A stretch of 64,000 nt of DNA, from contig OZ223300.1 in the NCBI GenBank assembly GCA_965140705.1, positions 416,001-480,000 of the forward strand, written 5' to 3'. Under the pieces are notes generated by a model. That model was given only the letters and a program-made list of their open reading frames with translations, did no database searches and was not told where the DNA came from. Of this stretch, positions 11,167-21,057 are shown piece by piece. Source of the stretch: an uncultured Arcobacter sp. GTDB lineage: Bacteria > Campylobacterota > Campylobacteria > Campylobacterales > Arcobacteraceae. How positions within the stretch are numbered: position 1 is the stretch's first letter; each line of letters opens with the position of its first letter. Position numbers and translations under genes: made by a program.

Positions 11167-14100
11167 ATGAAAAAAATATCATATAAATTAAAAGAGGTAA
11201 TTTTTATCTTTTTAATATTTTCTTTTATTCTTACTTTTGTAAATATAGTTGTAGAAAAATTCTTTTTTGTAAATAATATACAAAAAATAGCAATGGAGAC
11301 TGCATTAGGTAAAGCAAGAGAAAGAGAACACACTTTAAATGAATTTTTAAATGAATCAAAATATTTAATAAAATTTTTTAGAAGAATTAAAGCCTTTAAT
11401 AATTATTTGGAAAATGAAAATTCAAAAAGTGAAGTAGAAGAGGTATTTTTAACTTATATTCAAACCCATAAAAGATTTATGCAAGTTCGATATATCGATA
11501 AAAATGGTTTAGAAAAGATTAGGGTACAAAGGGATACTGAAAATGGTGTTTCTTATAAAGTTCCAAATGAAAAACTTCAAAATAAAGCTAATAGGGATTA
11601 TTTTATTATTTCAAAAACAAAACCTCTGGAGAAAGTTTGGTTTTCAAAGATAGACTTAAATATAGAAAATAATATACTTGAAATTCCATTTAAGCCTACG
11701 CTAAGAGTAATCTTCCCTGTAAAATATAAAAACAAATTTGATGGTATTTTAATTATAAACTATTTTTTAAATGAATTTTTAAATGATTTTACAAATACTT
11801 CATTATATGATATGACTATTATTGATGATAAAGGATTTCCTTTATTGCATCACGAAAAAGATAAAAACTGGAGTTTTTATAAATCTAAAAAATATAATAT
11901 ATCTCAAGAGTATCCAAAAGAGTATAAAAAAATTTTAAGTAGTGAAAGTTTAGTAAGTAATACTTTTGTCTCGAAAAGAATAAATACAGCTATCTCTGAT
12001 AATTTAATTTTGATATTGAAATTAAAAGAAAAATATATAGAAGAACAAAAAGAAAATTTAGCTTTTAAATATACTATTATAGCTACAGTAATACCTCTTG
12101 TTATATTTATTTTAACATTGCTTTTAATTAAACTATTTGGTGATAGATTATTTAATACAAAAAAACTATCCCAGCTTAGTGATAATTTGCAATCAATATC
12201 TAAAATAGCAAAAGTTGGTTTTTGGGAAGTAGATTGGAAAACTAAGCACATTAATTTAAGTGATGAACTTTATGATATCTTTGAAATTGAAGATAAAAAT
12301 AGTGTTATTACAATGGAGAAGCTTTTTACATATTTCCCTAAAAATTCGAAAAATGAATATGAAAAAGAAATCCAATCTTCTATAGATGAGAAAAGGGAAT
12401 ATTTTATAACCCAATCAATTATTACTGAAAAAGGTAATATAAAATATCTTCAAAGAAGAGGTAAACACTATTTTGATGACAATGGAATACTTGTTAAGTC
12501 TGTTGGAAGTAGTTATGATATAACAGAACAATATCTGTCTGAAAAAAAGTATAAAGACCTATTGGATTATGCATCAGATGGGATTCATATTTTAGATAAA
12601 GAGGGAAATCTTGTAGACTTTAGTCAGTCCTTTGCCAAATCACTTGGATATACAAATGAAGAGATGAAAGAGTTAAATTTTGTAGATTGGGATATTTTTA
12701 TTTTTGAAGTAGAAGTGAAAAATAAAATAAATGAGTTAATAAATTTCCCAAGATCTTTTGAATCAAAACATAGAAGAAAAGATGGCTCTATAATTGATGT
12801 TCAAGTTAACGCTAAAGGAATAGAAATAAATGGACAAGAGTATCTTTATGCTTCCCAAAGAGATATAACAAAACAAAAAAAACTAGAAAAAGAGATTCTT
12901 AGTGAGAAGGATTTTATTTCTACTATTATAGATAATGCAAACGCAATTATTGCAGTAATTGATAGTAATGGGAAGATGATTAAAGTAAATAAATATGCTC
13001 AAGATTTTGTTGGATATACAGAAGAAGAAATATCTAGTGAAGCATATTTTTGGGCAAGATTTTTACCAAAAGAAAAAAAAGAGAAAGTTTTTGAAATAGT
13101 AAAAAAAGCAAATAAAGGTGAAATAGTAAAAAACTTTAAAAATAGTTGGATTTCTAAAAATGGTGAAGAAAGAGTATTTGAGTGGTCAAATATGCTTGTT
13201 CAAAAAAGTGATGGAAGTATGGATTATATTGCTACTATTGGAATAGATATTACAGAAAATCATAAATTATTAGAAGAGTTAAAAGTTGCTAAAAATAATG
13301 CAGAAAAAGCAAGTATAGTTAAATCTGAATTTTTAGCAAATATGTCCCACGAAATAAGAACTCCAATTAGTGGTATAACTGGTCTTATTTCTCTTATATT
13401 AGATATGCCATTAGAACCATTACAAAGAGACTATTTAAATAAGGCAAAAAAATCTTCAAATGCTTTATTAAGTATTATTAATGATATTTTAGATTATTCA
13501 AAAATTGAAGCTGGAAAACTAGATATTATTGAGCAAGATTTTAACTTAGAAGATATTTTTAAAAATATCTCCAATCTTTTTGGATATGAAACATATAAAA
13601 AACAATTGGAATTTACTTTTGCCTTAGATAGTAATATTCCCCCTCTTATAATTGGTGATTCTCTTAGATTAACACAAATATTAAATAATCTTGTTGGAAA
13701 TGCCATAAAGTTTACTGAAAATGGATATATTGCATTGAAAAGTGAAATAAAAGAGATAAGTGAAGATGAGCTAATTCTAAGATTTTGTATTGAAGATACA
13801 GGAATTGGAATAAGTAAAGAAGATCAAAAGAAGCTTTTTAATAACTTTGAACAACTTGATACTTCAAATAAGAGAAAATATAGTGGTTCTGGATTGGGAC
13901 TTTCTATTACTAAACAGTTAATTGAACTTATGCGTGGAAAAATTTGGCTTGAAAGTGAAGTAGGAGTTGGAAGTAAATTCTACTTTGAAATAAAGTTTAA
14001 ATATATTAAAAAGATTTATAAAAAGAAAAAAAATAGAATAGTAAATAATAAATTTTTGATTATAGATAATAATAAAATAGAAAGTGATTATATAAAAAGT

Positions 14101-15426
14101 ATATTAAACTCATGGAACATAGAGACCATTATAGAACCAAGTGAAATAAACTCTTTGGAAATAATCAATAATGAAAAAATAGAGTGTTTGATTATTAATT
14201 GGAATACTTCAACCACAAATCGATTGATATTTTTGGAAAAATTAAAAAATATTGATAAAGAGATAGACTATATTGTTTTGGTGACACCATATAATAAAAA
14301 GCTTATTTTAGATCTTTTTGAAAAACAGGAGTTTAAAGTTACAAAATTATTAGAAAAACCTTTTACCCCATCAACTTTGTATAACATGATTTTTGATAAA
14401 AATAATAAAGATATTAATAATAGGGAACTCTTAACACAAGGAGTATTAATAAATAAAAAAATAGCTTTATTAGTTGAAGATAATGAGACTAATCAAATAG
14501 TTTCAAAAGCAATTTTAGAAAAAATAGGTTTTACTATAGATATTGCAAAGGATGGAGAAGAAGCTATAAAAAGTGCTAAAAACTTTTCTTATGATATTAT
14601 TTTTATGGATTTACAAATGCCAAATATTGATGGCTTTGAAGCAGCAAGAAAAATTAGAGAATTTGATAAAAAAATACCTATTATTGCCCTAAGTGCTGCT
14701 GTAATGCAAAAGGATAAAATGTCAACTAAAGAAGCTGGTATGAATGCTCACATTTCTAAACCAATTGTAAAAGAAGAAATAGAAGGCGTAGTATCACGAT
14801 TTTTTGAAATAACTTATAAAAACAGAAATAAAAAAAATATACATAGCAAAGTATATAATATATATGGAATAGATTTTGAGAAATTGATGGAGACTTTATC
14901 TTTTGACAATAAGGTGGCCTTATCCTTGATAAAAAAATATTATAAGAACTATAGTAATATAGAATCTCAACTTAAAGTATTTAGTTTAAAAAGCGATGAT
15001 TTTGATAGTTTTATACATAAGTTAAAAGGTGTAAGTGGAAATATACAGGCAATGAAGGTTTATGAGATTTGTTCTAAGATAGAAAAAACAAATGATATAT
15101 CAAAAGTATTTGAATTGTTAAACAGTTTAAAAAAAGAGATGAAAAATATATTTGAATCCATAGAAATTAATATTTTAAAAAAGAAAAATGAGGATAAATC
15201 AAATCATAGTAATAAAGAGATTAATAAGATAATAGAAGAGTTAATAAAAGATGTCAATGAAGATAGTTTTATTAAAAGTATAAGAATAGAAGAGTTGATT
15301 AATTCTTTACAAAATAAGATAACAGATGAGTTATTAGTAAAAATAGAAAATAGTTTTTCTAATTATGAATATGAAGATTTAGTAAAAGATTTGGAAAATA
15401 TTCAAAATATGCTCAAGAAAGGTTAA
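11167..15426 (+). CDS. Hybrid sensor histidine kinase (periplasmic Cache-like, 3 PAS, HisKA/HATPase, 2 receiver-like, Hpt)
   Basis: EFLANMSHEIRTP, NLVGNAIKFT, DTGIG, GSGLGL, IFMDLQMP, HKLKGVSGNI; two TM helices. Confidence 0.93.
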   Translation: MKKISYKLKEVIFIFLIFSFILTFVNIVVEKFFFVNNIQKIAMETALGKAREREHTLNEFLNESKYLIKFFRRIKAFNNYLENENSKSEVEEVFLTYIQTHKRFMQVRYIDKNGLEKIRVQRDTENGVSYKVPNEKLQNKANRDYFIISKTKPLEKVWFSKIDLNIENNILEIPFKPTLRVIFPVKYKNKFDGILIINYFLNEFLNDFTNTSLYDMTIIDDKGFPLLHHEKDKNWSFYKSKKYNISQEYPKEYKKILSSESLVSNTFVSKRINTAISDNLILILKLKEKYIEEQKENLAFKYTIIATVIPLVIFILTLLLIKLFGDRLFNTKKLSQLSDNLQSISKIAKVGFWEVDWKTKHINLSDELYDIFEIEDKNSVITMEKLFTYFPKNSKNEYEKEIQSSIDEKREYFITQSIITEKGNIKYLQRRGKHYFDDNGILVKSVGSSYDITEQYLSEKKYKDLLDYASDGIHILDKEGNLVDFSQSFAKSLGYTNEEMKELNFVDWDIFIFEVEVKNKINELINFPRSFESKHRRKDGSIIDVQVNAKGIEINGQEYLYASQRDITKQKKLEKEILSEKDFISTIIDNANAIIAVIDSNGKMIKVNKYAQDFVGYTEEEISSEAYFWARFLPKEKKEKVFEIVKKANKGEIVKNFKNSWISKNGEERVFEWSNMLVQKSDGSMDYIATIGIDITENHKLLEELKVAKNNAEKASIVKSEFLANMSHEIRTPISGITGLISLILDMPLEPLQRDYLNKAKKSSNALLSIINDILDYSKIEAGKLDIIEQDFNLEDIFKNISNLFGYETYKKQLEFTFALDSNIPPLIIGDSLRLTQILNNLVGNAIKFTENGYIALKSEIKEISEDELILRFCIEDTGIGISKEDQKKLFNNFEQLDTSNKRKYSGSGLGLSITKQLIELMRGKIWLESEVGVGSKFYFEIKFKYIKKIYKKKKNRIVNNKFLIIDNNKIESDYIKSILNSWNIETIIEPSEINSLEIINNEKIECLIINWNTSTTNRLIFLEKLKNIDKEIDYIVLVTPYNKKLILDLFEKQEFKVTKLLEKPFTPSTLYNMIFDKNNKDINNRELLTQGVLINKKIALLVEDNETNQIVSKAILEKIGFTIDIAKDGEEAIKSAKNFSYDIIFMDLQMPNIDGFEAARKIREFDKKIPIIALSAAVMQKDKMSTKEAGMNAHISKPIVKEEIEGVVSRFFEITYKNRNKKNIHSKVYNIYGIDFEKLMETLSFDNKVALSLIKKYYKNYSNIESQLKVFSLKSDDFDSFIHKLKGVSGNIQAMKVYEICSKIEKTNDISKVFELLNSLKKEMKNIFESIEINILKKKNEDKSNHSNKEINKIIEELIKDVNEDSFIKSIRIEELINSLQNKITDELLVKIENSFSNYEYEDLVKDLENIQNMLKKG

Positions 15427-15428
15427 AA

Positions 15429-16109
15429 ATGGAAAAATTAACTATTTTGGTTGTGGATGATGAGTCTATAAATATTCAGATAATATCTGAAATATTAACT
15501 GACGAATATAATATAAAAATCGCTAAAAATGGAAAAGCTGGATATGAAGCATATGAGAAGTATTCACCTTCTTTAATAATCTCAGATATAAATATGCCCC
15601 TTATGAATGGAATCGAAATGGTTTCAAAGATTAGAGAAAAGGATCAAAATACAAAAGTAATATTTACAAGCTCCCATTCAGATTTAGAGTATTTACTTCA
15701 ATCAAGCTCTTTAAAACTCATAAAATATATTTTAAAGCCTATAAAAAGAGAAGAGTTACTAGAAGCTGTTAATACAGCAGTAGAAGAGTTACAAAAGTAT
15801 AAAATAGTCTCAAGTCATATTTTACAATTAAATAAAGAGTATGTCTGGGATTTCAAAACCTTAAATTTAATCAAAGCAGAACAATCTATTGCTTTAACTC
15901 CAACAGAGCGAAAGATTCTAAATTATCTTTTTTCAAATGTTGGTTCTATGGTTACATACGAGGATATTCTTTATGAAGCATGGGAAGATTATGATATGCC
16001 AAGTAAACAAACATTAAAAACAATGATGACAAATCTTAGGAAAAAAATCCCAGAAAATATAATTCATAACATTTATGGAATAGGATACAAAATCTTGACT
16101 ACTTCCTGA
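15429..16109 (+). CDS. OmpR-family response regulator
   Basis: VVDDE, ISDINMP, YILKP, LTPTE...NLRKKI...GIGY; 2 nt after the kinase. Confidence 0.93.
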   Translation: MEKLTILVVDDESINIQIISEILTDEYNIKIAKNGKAGYEAYEKYSPSLIISDINMPLMNGIEMVSKIREKDQNTKVIFTSSHSDLEYLLQSSSLKLIKYILKPIKREELLEAVNTAVEELQKYKIVSSHILQLNKEYVWDFKTLNLIKAEQSIALTPTERKILNYLFSNVGSMVTYEDILYEAWEDYDMPSKQTLKTMMTNLRKKIPENIIHNIYGIGYKILTTS

Positions 16110-16126
16110 CTATTTAATTTTATACT
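16094..16126 (+). promoter_or_regulatory. Tandem 11-bp direct repeat plus -10 upstream of carbonic anhydrase
   Basis: CTTGACTACTT/CCTGACTATTT (16094-16115), then TATACT at 16121-16126. Confidence 0.55.
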
Positions 16127-16182
16127 TTCATTATAAGTTGTATTTCTTTTGGAAATACAAATTCTTAAAATAAGGATTTATA

Positions 16183-16971
16183 ATGAAAAAGTATGTAATT
16201 AGTCTACTTGTAAGTGGAATTTTATTAGCAGCTAATGCTAGTGAAAATGGTGAAGTGAAAGCTTCTAATGAAACACATAAAAAACATGTTTCACATTGGA
16301 GTTATGAGGGTAATACTGGTCCTAAATTTTGGGGGACAATTAATCCTTCTTTTCAAACATGTGAAAATGGAGAAAGACAATCTCCTATAAATATAGCAAA
16401 AGAAACAACTGTCGCTTCAAACTCTTTAGGAAATCTTTTTTTTGATTATAAAGATACAAGTATTAGTATAATAAATAATGGACATACTATACAAGTAAAT
16501 TCTGACAATCAAAGTTCTGCACTATTTCAAGGCAAAAAATTTAAACTTTTACAGTTTCATTTTCACTCAAAAAGTGAACACACAGTAAATGGGGAATATT
16601 ATCCTTTGGAATTACATTTAGTTCATCAAGCAGAAGATGGAGAGTTAGGAGTTATAGGTGTATTTTTTAAATTAGGTAATTATAATAGTTCACTTCAAAA
16701 AGTACTAAAATTTATGCCTAAAGATGCTGGTGCTAAAAGTAATGTTGATAAGTTTACTATTAATCCAAATGAATTCTTGCCAAAAGATAGGGGATATTAT
16801 CATTATCTAGGCTCACTTACAACACCTCCTTGTACACAAATTGTAGAATGGTATGTGATGAAAAACCCAATAACTTTATCACAAAAACAGTTGGAACAAT
16901 TTCAAAATTTATATAATGGAAATTTTAGACCAACTTATCCTCTTAATAAGAGAATAGTATTGGAAAAGTAA
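16183..16971 (+). CDS. cah: Periplasmic alpha-carbonic anhydrase
   Basis: Signal peptide; HWSY, QSPINI, QFHFH, SEH, ELHLVH, GSLTTPPC, NFRP. Confidence 0.96.
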   Translation: MKKYVISLLVSGILLAANASENGEVKASNETHKKHVSHWSYEGNTGPKFWGTINPSFQTCENGERQSPINIAKETTVASNSLGNLFFDYKDTSISIINNGHTIQVNSDNQSSALFQGKKFKLLQFHFHSKSEHTVNGEYYPLELHLVHQAEDGELGVIGVFFKLGNYNSSLQKVLKFMPKDAGAKSNVDKFTINPNEFLPKDRGYYHYLGSLTTPPCTQIVEWYVMKNPITLSQKQLEQFQNLYNGNFRPTYPLNKRIVLEK

Positions 16972-16980
16972 GGAAAAACG

Positions 16981-18894
16981 ATGATTAAAAATATGAAAAT
17001 AAAGATAAAAATCTTTTTATTATTAACGATAACATTAATTTCTTTATTAATAGTATCAGTAAGTTCATATGTTGGAATAAGTTCTGTGGGTCATGAAATT
17101 GAAGAGTTAGCAGAATCTCATATTCCTTTAAATAAAGTAATTACAAATATTGATGCTAGTATTTTAAAAGAAGAGGTTTTAACTTATGAGTTAATAATTG
17201 CTTCTGAAGATGTATTTAGTGAAAAATTTCAAGAAGTTAAAGGAAAAATTGAAAAAATTGAAAAAACTTCACAAAAAAATATAAAAGAGTGTGAAGAAAT
17301 AGCAGCAAAAGCTATAAGTAAAAGTAGTGATGATGAAAATAAAAAAAACTATGAGGCGTTCTTAAAAGAGTGTATAGAACTAGAAAAAAGACAAAAGTTA
17401 TTTGAAGTTGCTATTTCAAAGCTTGTTCATGACTTAGAATCTGGAAATATTCAAGATGTGGAAAAAGAAAAAGAAGAGTTACATAAATTACTTCTTGGTC
17501 TAGATAAGTTTGTAATGAATTTGACAAATCAAATTCAAAAGTTAGTTAAAAAAGCAACAACAAAAGCTAAAGATGATGAAAATAGTGTAACTATGACTAT
17601 AGAGGTAATCTCTATATTAGCATTCATTATATCTATTACATTTGGAATTTATTTAGCAAATAATATTAAAAATACAATAAACACTTTTCAAACTGGTTTA
17701 TTAGGATTTTTTACTTATCTTAATCGTGAAAGTGATGAAGTAAAAGCTATAGAATTAAATTCAAATGATGAAATAGGACTTATGGCAAAAGTGATAAATG
17801 AGAATATCATTAGTACAAAAAGTTTATTAGAAGAAGATAGAGAGTTAATTGAGGAAGTTAAAAAAATAGTTACAAAAGTAAATAGTGGAATATTTAAACA
17901 AGAAATAACAAAAAATACATCAAATGAGAGTTTAAATGAATTAAAAAAACTTTTAAATGAGATGTTAAAAATCTTGACAGCTAATGTTTCTGAAGATTTA
18001 AATAAGATTCAAGTGGCTCTTGATCACTACCAAAAGTTAGACTTTAGATATAGAATTGAAGGCTGTAGTGGAAAAACAAGTGTGGGATTGACAAAACTAG
18101 CTGAAATAATAAATACTATGTTAGTGGAAAATAAAAAATCAGGAGTATCATTAAATATTTCTGCACAAGCCCTATTAGGTAATATTACAACATTAAATAC
18201 TTCTTCAAATCAAGCCGCAGCTTCATTAGAAGAAACAGCTGCTGCTTTAGAGGAGATTACAAGTACAATTGTTAGTAATACAGAGAATGTAGTTAAGATG
18301 TCAAATTATGCAAATGAATTGTTGGTCTCTGCAAATGAGGGGCAATCATTGGCTAATCAAACTACAACATCAATGGATGAGATAAATGAACAAGTAAGTG
18401 CAATAAATGAAGCAATCAGTGTAATTGACCAAATTGCTTTTCAAACAAATATCTTATCTTTAAATGCAGCTGTTGAAGCTGCAACTGCTGGAGAAGCAGG
18501 AAAAGGATTTGCAGTAGTTGCTGGGGAAGTACGAAATTTAGCATCAAGAAGTGCAGAAGCTGCAAAAGAGATAAAAAATTTAGTGGAAAATGCTACCCAA
18601 AAGGCATCTTTAGGTAAAGAAATAGCTACAAAAATGATAAATGGTTACCATGGACTTAATGAAAATGTTGATAAAACATTAGCTATTATAAAAGATATTG
18701 AGTTAGCATCAAAAGAGCAACAAACGGGAATTGTACAAATAAATGATGCGGTAAATCAACTTGATCAACAAACTCAAGCAAACGCAAGTGCCGCAGCAGA
18801 AGCACAAGCAGTTGCAAATAATACATCGACAATTGCTAATAAAATAATTGAAGATGCCAATGAAAAAGAGTTTATTGGAAAAGAAAATATATAA
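16981..18894 (+). CDS. Methyl-accepting chemotaxis protein with helical periplasmic sensor
   Basis: Two TM helices; [37 protein letters not shown]. Confidence 0.95.
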   Translation: MIKNMKIKIKIFLLLTITLISLLIVSVSSYVGISSVGHEIEELAESHIPLNKVITNIDASILKEEVLTYELIIASEDVFSEKFQEVKGKIEKIEKTSQKNIKECEEIAAKAISKSSDDENKKNYEAFLKECIELEKRQKLFEVAISKLVHDLESGNIQDVEKEKEELHKLLLGLDKFVMNLTNQIQKLVKKATTKAKDDENSVTMTIEVISILAFIISITFGIYLANNIKNTINTFQTGLLGFFTYLNRESDEVKAIELNSNDEIGLMAKVINENIISTKSLLEEDRELIEEVKKIVTKVNSGIFKQEITKNTSNESLNELKKLLNEMLKILTANVSEDLNKIQVALDHYQKLDFRYRIEGCSGKTSVGLTKLAEIINTMLVENKKSGVSLNISAQALLGNITTLNTSSNQAAASLEETAAALEEITSTIVSNTENVVKMSNYANELLVSANEGQSLANQTTTSMDEINEQVSAINEAISVIDQIAFQTNILSLNAAVEAATAGEAGKGFAVVAGEVRNLASRSAEAAKEIKNLVENATQKASLGKEIATKMINGYHGLNENVDKTLAIIKDIELASKEQQTGIVQINDAVNQLDQQTQANASAAAEAQAVANNTSTIANKIIEDANEKEFIGKENI

Positions 18895-18901
18895 AAATAT
18901 A

Positions 18902-18934
18902 ATAAATAAGAGAGTTTTTAATTCTCTTATTTAT
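18902..18934 (+). terminator. Terminator-like hairpin after the chemoreceptor gene
   Basis: ATAAATAAGAGAG / TTCTCTTATTTAT inverted repeat. Confidence 0.65.
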
Positions 18935-19024
18935 ACTAAAACTTTCTAGAAACACCTATTACAAGTATCTTATAAATCCTTTTTTGTTACAATCTTAAAA
19001 ATAAATAATCAAATGAGATAATAG

Positions 19025-19858
19025 ATGAAAGAAAAACTTATTAGAAAGTGTCTTTTCCCAGCTGCTGGGTATGGGACTAGATTTTTACCTGCTACAAAAG
19101 CAACACCAAAAGAGATGTTACCAGTTCTAACAAAACCACTTATTCAGTATGGAGTGGAAGAAGCAATTGCTGCTGGAATGGATACTATGGCAATAGTAAC
19201 AGGAAGAGGTAAAAGAGCTATTGAAGATCATTTTGATATTTCTTATGAGTTAGAACATCAAATAAAAGGTACAAGTAAAGAACACTATTTAGATGAAATA
19301 AGAAGTGTAATAGAAAAGTGTACCTTTTCATATACAAGACAGATAGAAATGAAAGGTTTAGGTCATGCTATTTTAACAGGTGGGGAGACTTTAATAGGAA
19401 ATGAACCCTTTGCTGTAATACTTGCAGATGATTTATGTGACCATGAAGGAAGTGGAGTTTTAGCCCAAATGGTAGAACTTTATGGAAAGTATAAATGCTC
19501 AATCGTAGCCATTGAAGAAGTACCCAAAGATGAAACATATAAGTATGGGGTAATAGAAGGTAAAGAGATAGAAGAGGGTATTTTTATGATAAGCAATATG
19601 GTTGAAAAACCAGACCCAAAAGATGCTCCATCAAACCTTGCAATTATAGGAAGATATATTTTAACACCTGATATTTATGAGATAATAAAAAATACAAAAC
19701 CAGGTAAAAATGGAGAACTTCAAATTACTGATTCTCTTATGATCCAAGCAAAAGAGAATATGGTAATAGGATACAAGTTTAAAGGCAAAAGATTTGATTG
19801 TGGAAGTATAGATGGTTTTGTAGAAGCTACAAATCATTTTTACAATAAAGAGAAATAA
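19025..19858 (+). CDS. galU: UTP--glucose-1-phosphate uridylyltransferase
   Basis: PAAGYGTRFLPATKATPKEMLP, GLGHA, VEKP, GELQITD. Confidence 0.97.
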   Translation: MKEKLIRKCLFPAAGYGTRFLPATKATPKEMLPVLTKPLIQYGVEEAIAAGMDTMAIVTGRGKRAIEDHFDISYELEHQIKGTSKEHYLDEIRSVIEKCTFSYTRQIEMKGLGHAILTGGETLIGNEPFAVILADDLCDHEGSGVLAQMVELYGKYKCSIVAIEEVPKDETYKYGVIEGKEIEEGIFMISNMVEKPDPKDAPSNLAIIGRYILTPDIYEIIKNTKPGKNGELQITDSLMIQAKENMVIGYKFKGKRFDCGSIDGFVEATNHFYNKEK

Positions 19859-19859
19859 A

Positions 19860-21056
19860 ATGAAATATAATAAAAACTTTTATCAAATAAAATCAAATAA
19901 AGAGATCTTTGAAAAAATAGAAAAAGAGAAGGGTCATATTGGTTATTATAATCTCCCATATCAAGATACAAGTGATATAAAAGAGTTTGCAAAAAATGTA
20001 ACTCAAAAAGATGTAGTAGTTGTGGGTATTGGGGGAAGTTCTTTAGGAACTTTTGCTATTCATAAGTTTTTACAACACAAAGAAAATGATAAAAAGCTTC
20101 ATTTTTTAGAATCTACTGACCCTTTAGATTTACAAAGAAGAATTAGTAAAATAAATCTAAATGATGCACTTTTTATAATAATAAGTAAGTCAGGAACAAC
20201 AGTTGAAACAGTTAGTATCTTAAAGTATTTACATACACTTATAAATATAGATTCTACAAATACCATATGCATAACAGAAAATGATAGTAAGCTAAAAACT
20301 TTTGCAAAATCAAGGGATATTAAAACCTTTGAAATCCCAAAAGATGTGGGTGGTAGGTTTTCTGTATTTTCAACGGTAGGACTTGTACCATTAGCAATTA
20401 TGGGTTTAGATATAGATGAGTTATTAAGTGGTTGTAAAGAAGTAAGTGATAGCTTTTTTTCTAAAGATGAATATTATTCTTTACTTATGGAAAAAGCTAG
20501 ATTTTTAGTTGAGAATAAAAATAGATTTAATATAAATGTTGTATTTTCTTATTCTCTTTTACTTGAGGGGTTTAATAAATGGTATGTTCAACTTTGGGGA
20601 GAGAGTTTAGGAAAGATAAATATAAATGGAACAAAGCAAGGACTAACCCCTATTGGCTTAGTGGGACCAATTGACCAACACTCTTTTTTACAACTAATAG
20701 TTGAGGGTAAAAGGGATAAGACGGTTACCTTTATAAAAATAGAAGATTTTCAAGATGAGATGACCATTCCTGATTTATCTTTGGAGGGTTTGGAAGAGTT
20801 AGATTATTTAAATGATATTAAATTTAAAGATTTGATAAATAAACAAGCTGATGCTACTATTGAGGCAATAGAAGGTTTAGATGACATACCTTGTGATGTG
20901 ATAACTATCCAATCACAAGATGAATTTAATATTGGGAAACTAATGTTCTCATATGAATTGTTGACTTCTATTGTAGGAAAATTTGTACAAATAAATACCT
21001 ATGACCAACCAGGTGTTGAAACAGGTAAAATCATTTTAAAAGAAAAACTAAAATAA
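19860..21056 (+). CDS. pgi: Glucose-6-phosphate isomerase
   Basis: GIGGSSLG, ISKSGTTVET, VGGRFSV, QLWGESLGK, DQPGVE. Confidence 0.96.
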   Translation: MKYNKNFYQIKSNKEIFEKIEKEKGHIGYYNLPYQDTSDIKEFAKNVTQKDVVVVGIGGSSLGTFAIHKFLQHKENDKKLHFLESTDPLDLQRRISKINLNDALFIIISKSGTTVETVSILKYLHTLINIDSTNTICITENDSKLKTFAKSRDIKTFEIPKDVGGRFSVFSTVGLVPLAIMGLDIDELLSGCKEVSDSFFSKDEYYSLLMEKARFLVENKNRFNINVVFSYSLLLEGFNKWYVQLWGESLGKININGTKQGLTPIGLVGPIDQHSFLQLIVEGKRDKTVTFIKIEDFQDEMTIPDLSLEGLEELDYLNDIKFKDLINKQADATIEAIEGLDDIPCDVITIQSQDEFNIGKLMFSYELLTSIVGKFVQINTYDQPGVETGKIILKEKLK

Positions 21057-21057
21057 A

